From an uncultured Gemmatimonadales bacterium (GTDB lineage Bacteria > Gemmatimonadota > Gemmatimonadetes > Gemmatimonadales > Gemmatimonadaceae): a stretch of 64,000 nucleotides of DNA. This document shows positions 27,037 to 36,390 of the stretch, piece after piece. The notes beneath the pieces were generated by a model. That model saw nothing but the letters and a program-made list of their open reading frames with translations, did not search any database and was not told the origin of the DNA. How positions within the stretch are numbered: the stretch's first letter is position 1; the number at the start of each line of letters is the position of its first letter. The position numbers and the translations under genes were made by a program. Where the stretch lies: positions 320,001 through 384,000 of the forward strand of contig OY969695.1 in assembly GCA_963701965.1 (NCBI GenBank), read 5' to 3'.

Positions 27037-27786
27037 CTAGCGCCCGCCCACGCCGAGCACGCGCCGTTGCGCGGTTTCGATCTCGGCGATACCCGCGCTC
27101 GCCAGATCCAACAGCGCCGTCAGCTGCGCCCTTGAAAACGTGCCGTGCTCACCCGTGCCCTGCACCTCGACGTACCCGCCCGTCGACTCCATCACGACGT
27201 TCATGTCCACGGCCGCCCGCACATCCTCGTCGTAGTCGAGATCGAGCCGCGGCTCGCCGTCGATGATGCCGACACTCACCGCCGCCACACCCCGCTTGAC
27301 GGGCGTCTGCGCCACCCGACCGGACTGCGCCATCCACGCGAACGCGTCCATGACCGCCACGCACGCGCCAGTGATCGACGCGGTCCGCGTCCCACCGTCG
27401 GCCTGCACCACGTCGCAATCGATGCGCACGGTGTGCTCCCCAAACGCGTAATCGTCGAGCATGGCGCGCACACTCCGGCCGATGAGCCGCTGAATCTCCT
27501 GCGTCCGCCCACCAAGCTGCCCACGCTCCCGCGCCACGCGGGTCCGGGTCGCACGCGGCAGCATGGCGTACTCTGCCGTCATCCACCCTTGGCCGGTGCC
27601 TTTGCGCCACCCGGGCACACCGTCCTCTACCGTCGCCGCGCACAGTACGCGGGTCTCGCCGAACGCGACGAGACACGACCCTTCGGCATAAGGCACGACG
27701 CCGCGCTCGAGCAGGAGAGGCCGGAGCGCGTTGGCGGCCCGACCCTGTCGCGGGACTGCCGGCTTGACGTCAGGCTTACCGGCCAC
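27037..27786 (-). CDS. rph: Ribonuclease PH
   Basis: AEYAMLPRAT, GRTQEIQRLIGR, ADGGTRTASITG, EVQGTGE. Confidence 0.97.
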   Translation of the reverse strand: MAGKPDVKPAVPRQGRAANALRPLLLERGVVPYAEGSCLVAFGETRVLCAATVEDGVPGWRKGTGQGWMTAEYAMLPRATRTRVARERGQLGGRTQEIQRLIGRSVRAMLDDYAFGEHTVRIDCDVVQADGGTRTASITGACVAVMDAFAWMAQSGRVAQTPVKRGVAAVSVGIIDGEPRLDLDYDEDVRAAVDMNVVMESTGGYVEVQGTGEHGTFSRAQLTALLDLASAGIAEIETAQRRVLGVGGR

Positions 27787-28231
27787 GAATGGTCTCCACG
27801 ATGTCCGTGGTCGAGTGGCCTTCCACCAACGGCACGATCACCACGCGGCCGCCGCGCGCTTTGACTTCCCGTGCACCCACGATCGTCTCCTCGCGATAGT
27901 CCCCGCCCTTGACCAACACATTGGGCTCGAGCGTATTCACTAACGCGAGTGGCGTGTCCTCATCGAACACAACCACGGCATCCACGGCTTCGAGCGCCGC
28001 CAAAACATACGCCCGGGCAGCCTGGGGCCGCACCGGGCGCCCGGGCCCCTTGGCGAGTCGCCGAACGGACGCATCGCTGTTCACGCCGACAATGAGAGCG
28101 TCGCCCGCGCGACGGGCGGCGATCAGGAGATCGACGTGCCCCGGATGGAGGAGATCGAAGACGCCGTTGGTGAACACGACCGGGCCCGCCCGGCGCCGGC
28201 GCCAGTCACGAGCCTCGGGGAGCAACAACAC
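27776..28231 (-). CDS. rfaE2: D-glycero-beta-D-manno-heptose 1-phosphate adenylyltransferase
   Basis: VFTNGVFDLLHPGH, NSDASV, VLVKGGDY, STT. Confidence 0.92.
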   Translation of the reverse strand: MLLLPEARDWRRRRAGPVVFTNGVFDLLHPGHVDLLIAARRAGDALIVGVNSDASVRRLAKGPGRPVRPQAARAYVLAALEAVDAVVVFDEDTPLALVNTLEPNVLVKGGDYREETIVGAREVKARGGRVVIVPLVEGHSTTDIVETIRGR

Positions 28232-28254
28232 CTTCGACTGGGGCGACCGAACGG

Positions 28255-28686
28255 TCAGAAATCCGCCTCGGCGTGCGGATTGAAGAAGAAATCGCGCGAC
28301 ATCGGACCCATGTTCACGTGCGCATAATACTGGTTGTCGATCACGATGTGATGCCGCCCGCGCTCGACGACGATCTCATACGCGTCGTCGGGCAACACCA
28401 GCGAGTCGGCCATCTCCCGCAGATGCTGCTTGATCTGCCGGTCCGTATAGTGCCCGGCGAACTTGGCCTCTTGCTTGAACGCGTCTGTGAACTGGTAATA
28501 CTTCCAGTACGCCTCGCCGATGTAGGCGCCGCAATAGCCGATCACGCCGACGACGAGCATCAGAAACAGGCACCCGAGTTTCACACCGCCGAGTCGGCTT
28601 CGCCGGCTCAGCGGTACGTCGGTTTGAAGGCCCTCGCCGATGGCTCGGGCCCGGCTTCGAGCGGCCACGCCTCGGCGCGCTACCAT
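28255..28686 (-). CDS. Hypothetical single-TM protein, pilin-like architecture; start uncertain
   Basis: LGCLFLMLVVGVIGY TM followed by YWKYYQFTDAFKQEA; lies within the operon. Confidence 0.65.
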   Translation of the reverse strand: MVARRGVAARSRARAIGEGLQTDVPLSRRSRLGGVKLGCLFLMLVVGVIGYCGAYIGEAYWKYYQFTDAFKQEAKFAGHYTDRQIKQHLREMADSLVLPDDAYEIVVERGRHHIVIDNQYYAHVNMGPMSRDFFFNPHAEADF

Positions 28687-29231
28687 TGCGACTGCGCCCC
28701 GTCGATCACGTCGTTCACGACTTTCTTGACGGCCTGCGCGCGCCCGTCCTTTTCGTTCCCCTCGGGATAGTCGCCGGCCTCCACGAGCCCTTTGCGCTGA
28801 TACAGGACGCGCCCGGACGCCTGCTCGTCGATCTCGATGTCGACCTGGAGCTCCAGCCGCCGCTGGGTCGTCGACGTCGTGACCGACGTGGTCCGCCCGC
28901 CGCTATACCCGATCGGCACGTCGATGTCGTACCGCGTGATCGTGCCTTTGAGCACGGCGTCGGCGCGCTCCTCGCCAATCTCGCGCAGACCCAGCCGCGA
29001 GCCGACGACGGCCCGAAGACCGTCGAGCAGATCCTTCTGGAGCTCGGGGGTCGGCGTGTTGTTGTCGAAGGGGAGCACGGCGATCGTCTTCACGTTGGGG
29101 GGCAACCCGCCGCCGTGGAAGCCGTATTTCCAGAAGCACCCGGTCAGCGCGCCCGCCCAGAGAAGGGCGAGCCCGCACCTAATGCTGCCAGAGCTCAGGG
29201 TCGATCTCGGCCACCGTATCACTGCGCACAT
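28680..29231 (-). CDS. LptE-like LPS assembly lipoprotein; start uncertain
   Basis: Lipobox LTGC, YGF..GLPPNVKTIAVLPFDNNT, ADAVLKGTI, C-terminal W. Confidence 0.75.
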   Translation of the reverse strand: MCAVIRWPRSTLSSGSIRCGLALLWAGALTGCFWKYGFHGGGLPPNVKTIAVLPFDNNTPTPELQKDLLDGLRAVVGSRLGLREIGEERADAVLKGTITRYDIDVPIGYSGGRTTSVTTSTTQRRLELQVDIEIDEQASGRVLYQRKGLVEAGDYPEGNEKDGRAQAVKKVVNDVIDGAQSQW

Positions 29232-29862
29232 GGGTGAGAGTCAGAGACCGTCCCGCCGCCGGATTTTCGAAGCGAATGTCATCATTGCTCCGCCGCACCA
29301 CAGTCTCTCGCACTCGTCCGTCACTCAATCGTTGGACACCAACCAGCTGCGATCCCGCGAACGCCACGCGCCACACATTGGTTCCACCGCCGCCCAAATC
29401 GGCCCGCAGCGTGTCGCCGTCGATCCGCATGGTCGTGTCCGGCGCCGGCTTGAGCGCGAGCCTGCCCAGCGCCGCCCACAATAATACAGAACTGGGGAGA
29501 TAGCGCTTGATCCTATCTCCCCCGGGGGAGACGATCGTGTCCTCCAAAAGCCACGCCCGCCCCGACCCCATCCCGCCCGACACGGCGAAGTCCATCCGCG
29601 CGCTGTCGGGCGGCGCTACCAGCGCCCGCCCCTCGCCCCGGGCGGCCACGCTCCGATCGCGATACTCCCAGCGAAAGGTCACTTTCCGATGTCCCGCGGG
29701 CAACTCGGCCGACGGGACACGCACCGACACTGGCGCTGGTGCCCCACGCAACTCGCCGGCGCGCGGCGCCACGCACGCGGTGAGGCCGATCGCCATCAGC
29801 ACCCCCCATCTCACGGCGTAACGACGCGCACGAGCGGCACGATGTTGTCGATCCCATCCCAC
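29179..29862 (-). CDS. Hypothetical lipoprotein; true start may be internal
   Basis: Lipobox LTAC, PPDSARMDF. Confidence 0.65.
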   Translation of the reverse strand: MGWDRQHRAARARRYAVRWGVLMAIGLTACVAPRAGELRGAPAPVSVRVPSAELPAGHRKVTFRWEYRDRSVAARGEGRALVAPPDSARMDFAVSGGMGSGRAWLLEDTIVSPGGDRIKRYLPSSVLLWAALGRLALKPAPDTTMRIDGDTLRADLGGGGTNVWRVAFAGSQLVGVQRLSDGRVRETVVRRSNDDIRFENPAAGRSLTLTHVRSDTVAEIDPELWQH

Positions 29863-31994
29863 TGCACGATCTGATCGAGCGCCGCGTCACCCGCGATCAC
29901 CCGCCCAAAAGTCGTATAGTGCCCGTCGAGATGCGGCGCCGACGCTAACGCGATGAAATACTGGCTGCCGCCGGTATTGGGACCGTCGAGCGCCATCCCC
30001 ACCGCGCCGCGGACATACCGTCGGCGGTTGAGCTCGTCACGAATATCGTAGCCGGGGCCGCCGAGCCCGTCGCCCCGCGGATCGCCATCCTGCGCGACGA
30101 ATCCCGGGACGACGCGATGAAACGCGGTGTTCTTGTAGAAATCGCGCTTGGTGAGGGTCAGGAAATTGTCGACCGTCACGGGGGCGTCGGCGCCATACAA
30201 CTCGATCGTGATGTTGCCGCGCACGGTCTGAATGTTGACCTGCGGCGCCTGGCCGCGCAGCGTCGGCTCGACGATCTCGTGCACGATGCGCAGGTACCAG
30301 TCGACCGGATGGAGATCCGAACGCCCGTTCTCGGGACGCCAGGTCGCGAACAACGACACGCCGCGCACCGCGTCCAAAATTCCCGCGTCATCGGGGACTG
30401 GCAGCGCCGTAACGGCGGCCTTGGCATCCGGCGCGACCGCGGCGCTGTCCCGCCGCCAGATGGCCACGAGACACCGGGCTGCGGCGAGCCGGACCTTGGG
30501 CGCCGAATCGGCGACGGCCGCCTGATAGGCGGCAGCGACCGCGGGGACATCCGCGGCCGTCGCGATCCCGGTCAGCCCATCGAGACCCACGGCCCGCACC
30601 GCGGCATCGTTGTCGTGCACGGCCGTGAGCATGTACTCCCGCCGCCACGGGTGCGGCGTCCCCCCGACGCTCAAACCGGCGGCGTCGGCGAAGACCTGAT
30701 AGGCGGCGGCGCGGACCCGGGGGTCGGGGTCGCGCGTGAGCGGCAGCGCGAGGTCCACGATGCGCTCCATCGACGTGCCGCTGGCGGCACGCGCCGCGGC
30801 GGCTCGATAGCGCCAATCACCGCTCCGCTGCCAGCGGTCGGGGTTGTCCTTGTCGATGACCGGCAGGATGACGCCGGCCAACGTGGCGGAGGCCACGAGG
30901 GTGCTCCGGAACGCCAGCGACGTGTCGGCCGCGAACGCGTGATCCCAGTCCCCGCGCGGCGCGCCAACCAGCGTGGAGTCGAGCGCCCGCGCGGCCGCGA
31001 TGCGCACGTTGGGATCGAAGTCGCGGAGAGCCACGACGACGGGCGCCCGGGCCGGCGCGCCGTACCCGCGCAGCGAGAGGAGCGCGCTGATGCGCACGGC
31101 CGCGACGCTGTCGTGGGCCATAGTGTCCAGCACGACCAGGGCGTATTTGCCCAGAGAATCGCCGGCGGCCGAGTGGGCCAGACCGCGCGCGACGTAGGCG
31201 CGGGTCTCGGGATCGGGCGAGCGGAACGCCGGGGGATTCATCAGGGACCGCGCGGCGGCCGGCGACCGGCTCCGCGTGAGCGAATACGTGGCCGCCCGCA
31301 ACAGCGCGGCATTGCCCGGCGACACGTAGGTCGTGAGGAGGAACGCGGGCACGGGGTTGAGCTTGGCCGCGGCGTACACGACGATCGACGTCGAGAACCC
31401 GCCGCTCAACGCGCGCTCGATCGGCTTGCGCGCCGCCTCTCCGAGCTCGCTCAATGCCCACGCGGCCTCGCGGGCCACGGGGGACGCGACCACGGCGACC
31501 GTGACGGTGTTGGGGCGGCCGTTGGTCCGACCCGTCTGGTACCCGGGCGCCTGGCCCCTATTCTGGGGAAGTGGGGCGTAGATCGGCGGCGCGGTGATAG
31601 CGGTCGCCAGCAGGTTCACGCTCGGCGTATCGACCATGAGCCCGAGCGCGAACGCGGCACTGGCGGCGACGGCGGTGTCCTTTGCCTGCAGCAAGAGCCG
31701 CAACGTGCTGGCCACCGTCCGCGCCCGCACCTGGCCGGCGGCCCGCGCCGCCTCGGCCCGGAGCGGTGAGGCGAGCCCGGGCTTGAGCGACTCCTTGAGC
31801 AGCACCTCGTCCACGCGGTGGGCGTCGACCATCTGCAGCAACAACGCGTAGCGGCGGGCCTCGGAGTCCGCGAACGCGACGAATCCCGGCGCGGTCGGCG
31901 CCGCCTTGGTCTCGGGCGGCTTGTGGCCGCCGCACGCGGCGGCCGTCACCACGGCGGCCGCGACGATCAGGGCGGCGCGGTTACGCGACACCAT
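29811..31994 (-). CDS. Lipoprotein with HEAT-like repeats and C-terminal cyclophilin-type PPIase
   Basis: MVSRNRAALIVAAAVVTAAAC lipobox, DPDPRVRAAA-type repeats, FHRVVPGFVAQDGDP, GSQYFI, HLDGHYTTFG. Confidence 0.88.
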   Translation of the reverse strand: MVSRNRAALIVAAAVVTAAACGGHKPPETKAAPTAPGFVAFADSEARRYALLLQMVDAHRVDEVLLKESLKPGLASPLRAEAARAAGQVRARTVASTLRLLLQAKDTAVAASAAFALGLMVDTPSVNLLATAITAPPIYAPLPQNRGQAPGYQTGRTNGRPNTVTVAVVASPVAREAAWALSELGEAARKPIERALSGGFSTSIVVYAAAKLNPVPAFLLTTYVSPGNAALLRAATYSLTRSRSPAAARSLMNPPAFRSPDPETRAYVARGLAHSAAGDSLGKYALVVLDTMAHDSVAAVRISALLSLRGYGAPARAPVVVALRDFDPNVRIAAARALDSTLVGAPRGDWDHAFAADTSLAFRSTLVASATLAGVILPVIDKDNPDRWQRSGDWRYRAAAARAASGTSMERIVDLALPLTRDPDPRVRAAAYQVFADAAGLSVGGTPHPWRREYMLTAVHDNDAAVRAVGLDGLTGIATAADVPAVAAAYQAAVADSAPKVRLAAARCLVAIWRRDSAAVAPDAKAAVTALPVPDDAGILDAVRGVSLFATWRPENGRSDLHPVDWYLRIVHEIVEPTLRGQAPQVNIQTVRGNITIELYGADAPVTVDNFLTLTKRDFYKNTAFHRVVPGFVAQDGDPRGDGLGGPGYDIRDELNRRRYVRGAVGMALDGPNTGGSQYFIALASAPHLDGHYTTFGRVIAGDAALDQIVQWDGIDNIVPLVRVVTP

Positions 31995-32403
31995 TCGCCA
32001 GATAGTCGCGCACGCCGGAGGGCAGCGCCGTGACGCGGCCCGAGGGGTCGAGCGAGACGAGAGTCGTCCGGGCGGAGACGAGACGGGTGCGGCTGCCCGC
32101 GTGTGTGATGACATAGTCGAACGTGACGGTTCTGGATTTGACTTCCGTGAGGCGCGTTTCGACCAACACGACGTCATCGTAGCGTGCGGGGGCGTGGCAT
32201 CGGAGCGACGCCTCGGACACGGCGAGGGCGACTCCGCTCTTTTCCAACGCCGCATAGGGTGTCCCTAACGCTCGGATATAGTCGGTTCGGCCGATCTCGC
32301 ACCAGATGAGATAATTGGAGTGATACACGACACCCATTTGATCGGTTTCCGCATACCGGACGCGGAGCTCGGTAGTCGTCGGTCGGCCAGCCACGCCGGG
32401 CAA
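31981..32403 (-). CDS. Acyl-CoA thioesterase, YbgC family
   Basis: RVRYAETDQMGVVYHSNY. Confidence 0.92.
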   Translation of the reverse strand: MPGVAGRPTTTELRVRYAETDQMGVVYHSNYLIWCEIGRTDYIRALGTPYAALEKSGVALAVSEASLRCHAPARYDDVVLVETRLTEVKSRTVTFDYVITHAGSRTRLVSARTTLVSLDPSGRVTALPSGVRDYLANGVA

Positions 32404-32444
32404 GTTAGCCCGGGCGCCGGCGGGACGCTAAACTCTTACGCGTC

Positions 32445-33323
32445 ATGCCGACGACCGTCCTCGCGCCGCCCTGCTACGTGTTCTCCGACGCCCACCTGGG
32501 CGTTGGCGCGCCGTGGAACGCCGGGGAGCGCCCGCTCCTGGAGTTCCTCCGGGAGATCGCCCCGCATATGGGCAGTCTGGTCATCAACGGGGATTTGTTC
32601 GATTTCTGGTTCGAGTGGCGGACGGTCATCCCGCGCTCGAGCTTCCGCGTCCTCGCGGCGCTGGCCGCGCTCCGCGAGCGGGGCACGCCGATCCTTTGGA
32701 TCGCCGGCAATCACGACTGCTGGGGGGGCGACGTGCTGCGCCAGGATGTCGGCGTGGACTACCACGTGGGTCCGTGGACCGGCATGCTCGGGGGTTGGCG
32801 GGCGCGGATCGAGCACGGCGATGGCCTGCGTGACCGCGAGGACCGGGGGTATCGCGCGCTGCGCCGGGTCATTCGCCACCCGGCGGCGGTCCGGGCCTAT
32901 CGCTGGCTCCCGGCGGACGTGGCGACCTGGCTGGCCACGCGCAGCTCGCACGCGAGTCGCACATACAGCGCGCGCGACCACGGCGCGGGATTGCGCGCCG
33001 TGGCGGCGCGGACGTTGGCGGCCTCGCCGGACTTGGAGGTGCTGGTCCTGGCGCACTCGCACGTGCCGGCCCTGGAGCGGATGCCCGGCGGCGGCATTTA
33101 TGCCAACGCGGGCGCGTGGATCAGCGGGCCGAATGAGCCGGGGCCGACGTTCCTGCGGTTCGACCCGGATCGCATCGCGCTCATGTCCTGGGCGTCACCC
33201 CAAGCTGTGGGTCTCAACGCGGTCGACCGTGCGCCCGTCCGCGCCGCCGTTCCCGAGGAACGCGCGGGCCGCGCGCAGGAATTGCCCGGGGGCGTCGGAG
33301 GCGATGAAGCGATAGGTCGGTGA
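32445..33323 (+). CDS. lpxH: UDP-2,3-diacylglucosamine diphosphatase (LpxH-like)
   Basis: SDAHLG, GDLFDFW, GNHD, HGDG, HSH. Confidence 0.8.
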   Translation: MPTTVLAPPCYVFSDAHLGVGAPWNAGERPLLEFLREIAPHMGSLVINGDLFDFWFEWRTVIPRSSFRVLAALAALRERGTPILWIAGNHDCWGGDVLRQDVGVDYHVGPWTGMLGGWRARIEHGDGLRDREDRGYRALRRVIRHPAAVRAYRWLPADVATWLATRSSHASRTYSARDHGAGLRAVAARTLAASPDLEVLVLAHSHVPALERMPGGGIYANAGAWISGPNEPGPTFLRFDPDRIALMSWASPQAVGLNAVDRAPVRAAVPEERAGRAQELPGGVGGDEAIGR

Positions 33324-34007
33324 GGCGCCGGAGGGGGCGGCCAGCCCACGGGCGGCGAGGATGGCGCCGGTCTCCACCGCGGTCTCCGCGGCGGCGTCGA
33401 TGAGCGTGGCGCCGGGGACGGCTTCGGCGATCCGCTGGGCCAGCAAGGGATAGTGGGTGCAGCCGAGGACCAGCGTGTCGATGCCGGCAGCGGCGAGCGG
33501 GGCCAGGTAAGTGTGGGCGATGAGGCGCGTGGCCTCGGTGTCGACCCATCCCTCCTCGACCAAGGGCACGAACAAGGGACACGCGGTCGCTACGACGTTC
33601 ACGCCGGGATCCATGGCGGCGATGGCGCGCTCGTAGGCGCCGGAGGCGATGGTGCCGGCGGTGCCAATGACACCGACGCGGCCGCGGGTGGCGCGGACGG
33701 CGGCGCGGGCGCCCGGGGCCACGACGCCGATGACCGGCACGTCGAGCGTGTCGCTCAGAATGGGCAGGGCGTGGGCGGTCGCGGTGTTGCAAGCGACGAC
33801 GAGGGCTTTGATCCCCTCGCCCGCGAGATAGCCGGCGATCTCGCGACTGTAGCGGCGCACCGTGTCCGGACTTTTGGGACCGTAGGGCACGCGGGCGGTG
33901 TCGCCGTAGTAGATGATCGACTCGGCGGGCAGCCGATCCATCAAGGCGCGTACGACGGTCAAGCCGCCAAGTCCGGAGTCGAAGACGCCGATGGGCGCCG
34001 CGTTCAC
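33195..34007 (-). CDS. murI: Glutamate racemase
   Basis: IGVFDSGLGGLTV, PYGPKS, ACNTAT, LGCTHYP; GTG start at 34007. Confidence 0.96.
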   Translation of the reverse strand: MNAAPIGVFDSGLGGLTVVRALMDRLPAESIIYYGDTARVPYGPKSPDTVRRYSREIAGYLAGEGIKALVVACNTATAHALPILSDTLDVPVIGVVAPGARAAVRATRGRVGVIGTAGTIASGAYERAIAAMDPGVNVVATACPLFVPLVEEGWVDTEATRLIAHTYLAPLAAAGIDTLVLGCTHYPLLAQRIAEAVPGATLIDAAAETAVETGAILAARGLAAPSGASPTYRFIASDAPGQFLRAARAFLGNGGADGRTVDRVETHSLG

Positions 34008-34639
34008 AGTGGAGGCGCTCGGATGGTCAGCGAGATGGCGATGACGGTCGAACCGTCCGGGGCGCGGAAGGCCTGCACACGGCTCGGGAGATCCCAGAGC
34101 TGGGCCTCGACGAAGGCGTCGGCGCCGGAGATCAAGTGGTTGAAGAGGATGACCGCGATCCAGTCCTCGACGTGGAGCTTGCGGGCGCCGATGCGGTCGG
34201 AGGTGTACGGGTTGTATTGAAAGACCTGGATGGGCTTTCCCGTTGCCGTGTCGAACTGCGGGACGCCGGCGATCACGGAGTCGTACAAGGCGATGCTGTC
34301 GTTGTGATGCTTCTGCGCGTACTTGAGGTCCCGCGCCGCCTGGGCCCACCGTGACAGCGCCAGCACTTCCACGCCGGCGAACAATGCCCCGGTCCACGCC
34401 CGGTCGAGCTTTGCCTGCCCGAGTCCGGGCAGCACGAGCGAGTACAAGAACGCCTTCCCCGGTGAGATCGGCGGACCCTTGACCGTGTCGACGCGCGCCG
34501 CGCGGTGCGGCGGCGCCGGCCTCTGTCCCACGCCCACGCGCGCGCTGTCCTGCTGCTGCGCCCGCGCCTCCGGCGCGAGGCTCGCCGCAAGAACCGCCAT
34601 CGCAATAACGATCAGCGCCCCGATCGAGCACAGCCTCAC
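34004..34639 (-). CDS. Secreted/membrane protein, DUF5683-like
   Basis: Signal peptide ending ARA-Q, SPGKAFLYSLVLPGLGQ, ADAFVEAQLWD. Confidence 0.7.
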   Translation of the reverse strand: MRLCSIGALIVIAMAVLAASLAPEARAQQQDSARVGVGQRPAPPHRAARVDTVKGPPISPGKAFLYSLVLPGLGQAKLDRAWTGALFAGVEVLALSRWAQAARDLKYAQKHHNDSIALYDSVIAGVPQFDTATGKPIQVFQYNPYTSDRIGARKLHVEDWIAVILFNHLISGADAFVEAQLWDLPSRVQAFRAPDGSTVIAISLTIRAPPL

Positions 34640-34653
34640 GTCAATCCCACGGG

Positions 34654-34795
34654 CGCGCGACGCTAGCGGAAGCGCGCTGCCACTCGCCGAAGGCGAGTGC
34701 TTCAAATGGATGATTCCCCGCGACTCGCCGAAGGGGGGCGCTTCGCGCGCGACGTTGGCGGGAATGCGCTGCCACTCGCCGAAGGCGAGTGCTTC
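34654..34795. repeat. Cluster of hairpin repeats (CACTCGCC-GAA-GGCGAGTG) downstream of selC
   Basis: About 50-nt imperfect direct repeat at 92-nt period, plus a degenerate middle copy near 34723. Confidence 0.8.
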
Positions 34796-34851
34796 CAAAA
34801 AACGCGATTCCCAACGAACCCCGCCAGATTGGTGCGCGCAGCGCACGAATA

Positions 34852-34948
34852 TGGCGGGAGTGAGTGGGAATCGAACCCACCCCACCCGACAGAGTCGGGT
34901 CGCAACGGTTTTGAAGACCGTGAGAGCCACCAGGCCCCATTCACTCCC
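34852..34948 (-). tRNA. selC: tRNA-Sec (anticodon TCA)
   Basis: 8-bp acceptor stem GGGAGTGA/TCACTCCC, G discriminator, encoded CCA, CT TCA AA loop, long variable arm. Confidence 0.95.
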
Positions 34949-36002
34949 CCAACGTCAGCACGATGGCCGCGACGCCGGCACGGGCGTCGACGACCTCACC
35001 GATATCCACAGCGCCGGGGACCCGCTGAACATACTCGGCGGCAGACGCCGGCGGCGCCGCGACCAAGAGTCCACCGGACGTCTGCGGGTCCACAAGCAGC
35101 GCGCGCTCGAAGTCAGTCCGCCCTACCCCCCAATCGACGAGGGGTTTCAGATACTCGCTATTCCGGTCTCCCCCGGCCGTCCGCGCGCCTCGCGCGAACG
35201 CTTCGGCGGCGCCGGCAAGCACCGGGACGCGATTGACGGCGATACGGAGTCCCACGTGACTGGCCCGGGCGATGTGGGACGCATGGCCGAGGAGGCCGAA
35301 GCCGGTGATGTCGGTGGCACAGTGAAGCCCGAGCGTCAGGGCCGCGCGGGAGGCGTCGCGATTGAGCGTGCACATGACCTCGATCATGCGCTGCTCCACC
35401 CCCGCCCTGATCTCCGCCCGCCAATTCTTCAACGCGGTGGCGAGAAGCCCGATCCCGATCGGCTTCGTCAGCACCAACCGGTCGCCGGGCCGCGCCCCCG
35501 CGTTGGTCAGGATGCGCCGGGGATCCACGCGGCCGGTCACGGCGAGCCCATACTTGAGCTCCTCGTCTTCGACTGTATGCCCACCGACGATGACCGCACC
35601 AGCCTCCTGCACCGCCGCCTGCCCGCCGCGCAGGATCTCCGTCAGCACTTCGAGCGGCAGCTTCTTGAGGGGGAACCCGACGATGTTGAGCGCCGTCAGC
35701 GGCTCCCCACCCATGGCGTACACGTCCGACAGCGCGTTCGTCGCCGCTACCCGCCCGAACGTGTACGGATCATCGACGATAGGCGCGAAGAAGTCGACGG
35801 TCTGCACCAGCGCCAGATCGTCCGACACGCGAAACACCCCCGCGTCGTCGAAGGTCTCACGACCAACGAGTAGACGGGGATCTTCGCTCGGCGCCAGCGG
35901 AGCGAGTGCGCGCGACAGGTCACCCGGACCCATTTTCGACGCTCACCCCGCGCACCGCGCGAACGCCGTCAGGCGAAACAGCTCTTCGCGACTGTGATTC
36001 GT
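34941..36002 (-). CDS. selD: Selenide, water dikinase; selenoprotein with UGA=Sec at 35943-35945; start codon uncertain
   Basis: In frame RLTAFARCAG-U-ASKMGP, TVDFFAPIVDDP, TDITGFGLLGH, DPQTSGGLL. Confidence 0.95.
35917..35931 (-). promoter_or_regulatory. Candidate SECIS hairpin of selD
   Basis: GGGUC-CGGGU-GACCU stem-loop begins 11 nt after the UGA. Confidence 0.6.
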
Positions 36003-36012
36003 GGAAACGCTC

Positions 36013-36390
36013 CTAGCGGAGAACCGCGACCGCGTCGATCTCGACCAACGCCCCGCGCGGCAGCCCCGCCACCTGTACCGTCGACCGCGCCGGCCGCGCG
36101 CCGCCGAGCGCCGCGCCATAGATCTCGTTGACGGTGGCGAAATCGTTCAGGCTCTGCAGGTACACGGTCGTCTTCACGACATCACCCCAGCCCAATCCCC
36201 GCGCCGCGAGCACCGCGGTCAAGTTCTGCATGGCCTGGGTCGTCTGCGCCACGATGCCGCCGTCGACGATCTGCGTCGTGGCGGGATCGAGCCCCACCTG
36301 GCCGGCCGTGAACAAGAACCCGTTGGCGACGACCGCCTGCGAGTACGGGCCGATGGCCGCCGGCGCGCCGGCGGTTTGTACTGTCTCCAT
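36013..36390 (-). CDS. ridA: RidA family enamine/imine deaminase
   Basis: APAAIGPYSQA, PARSTVQVAGLP, VEIDAVA. Confidence 0.92.
   Translation of the reverse strand: METVQTAGAPAAIGPYSQAVVANGFLFTAGQVGLDPATTQIVDGGIVAQTTQAMQNLTAVLAARGLGWGDVVKTTVYLQSLNDFATVNEIYGAALGGARPARSTVQVAGLPRGALVEIDAVAVLR

Noticed and set aside
34654..34795. Mini CRISPR array
   Set aside because: Only two to three units, irregular spacing, similarity extends into the would-be spacers, and no cas genes in the window.
34641..34940. 99-aa ORF in frame after the selD stop (possible second Sec read-through, begins MGPG)
   Set aside because: It runs through tRNA-Sec and the repeats and has no recognisable protein features; the MGPG similarity is probably chance.
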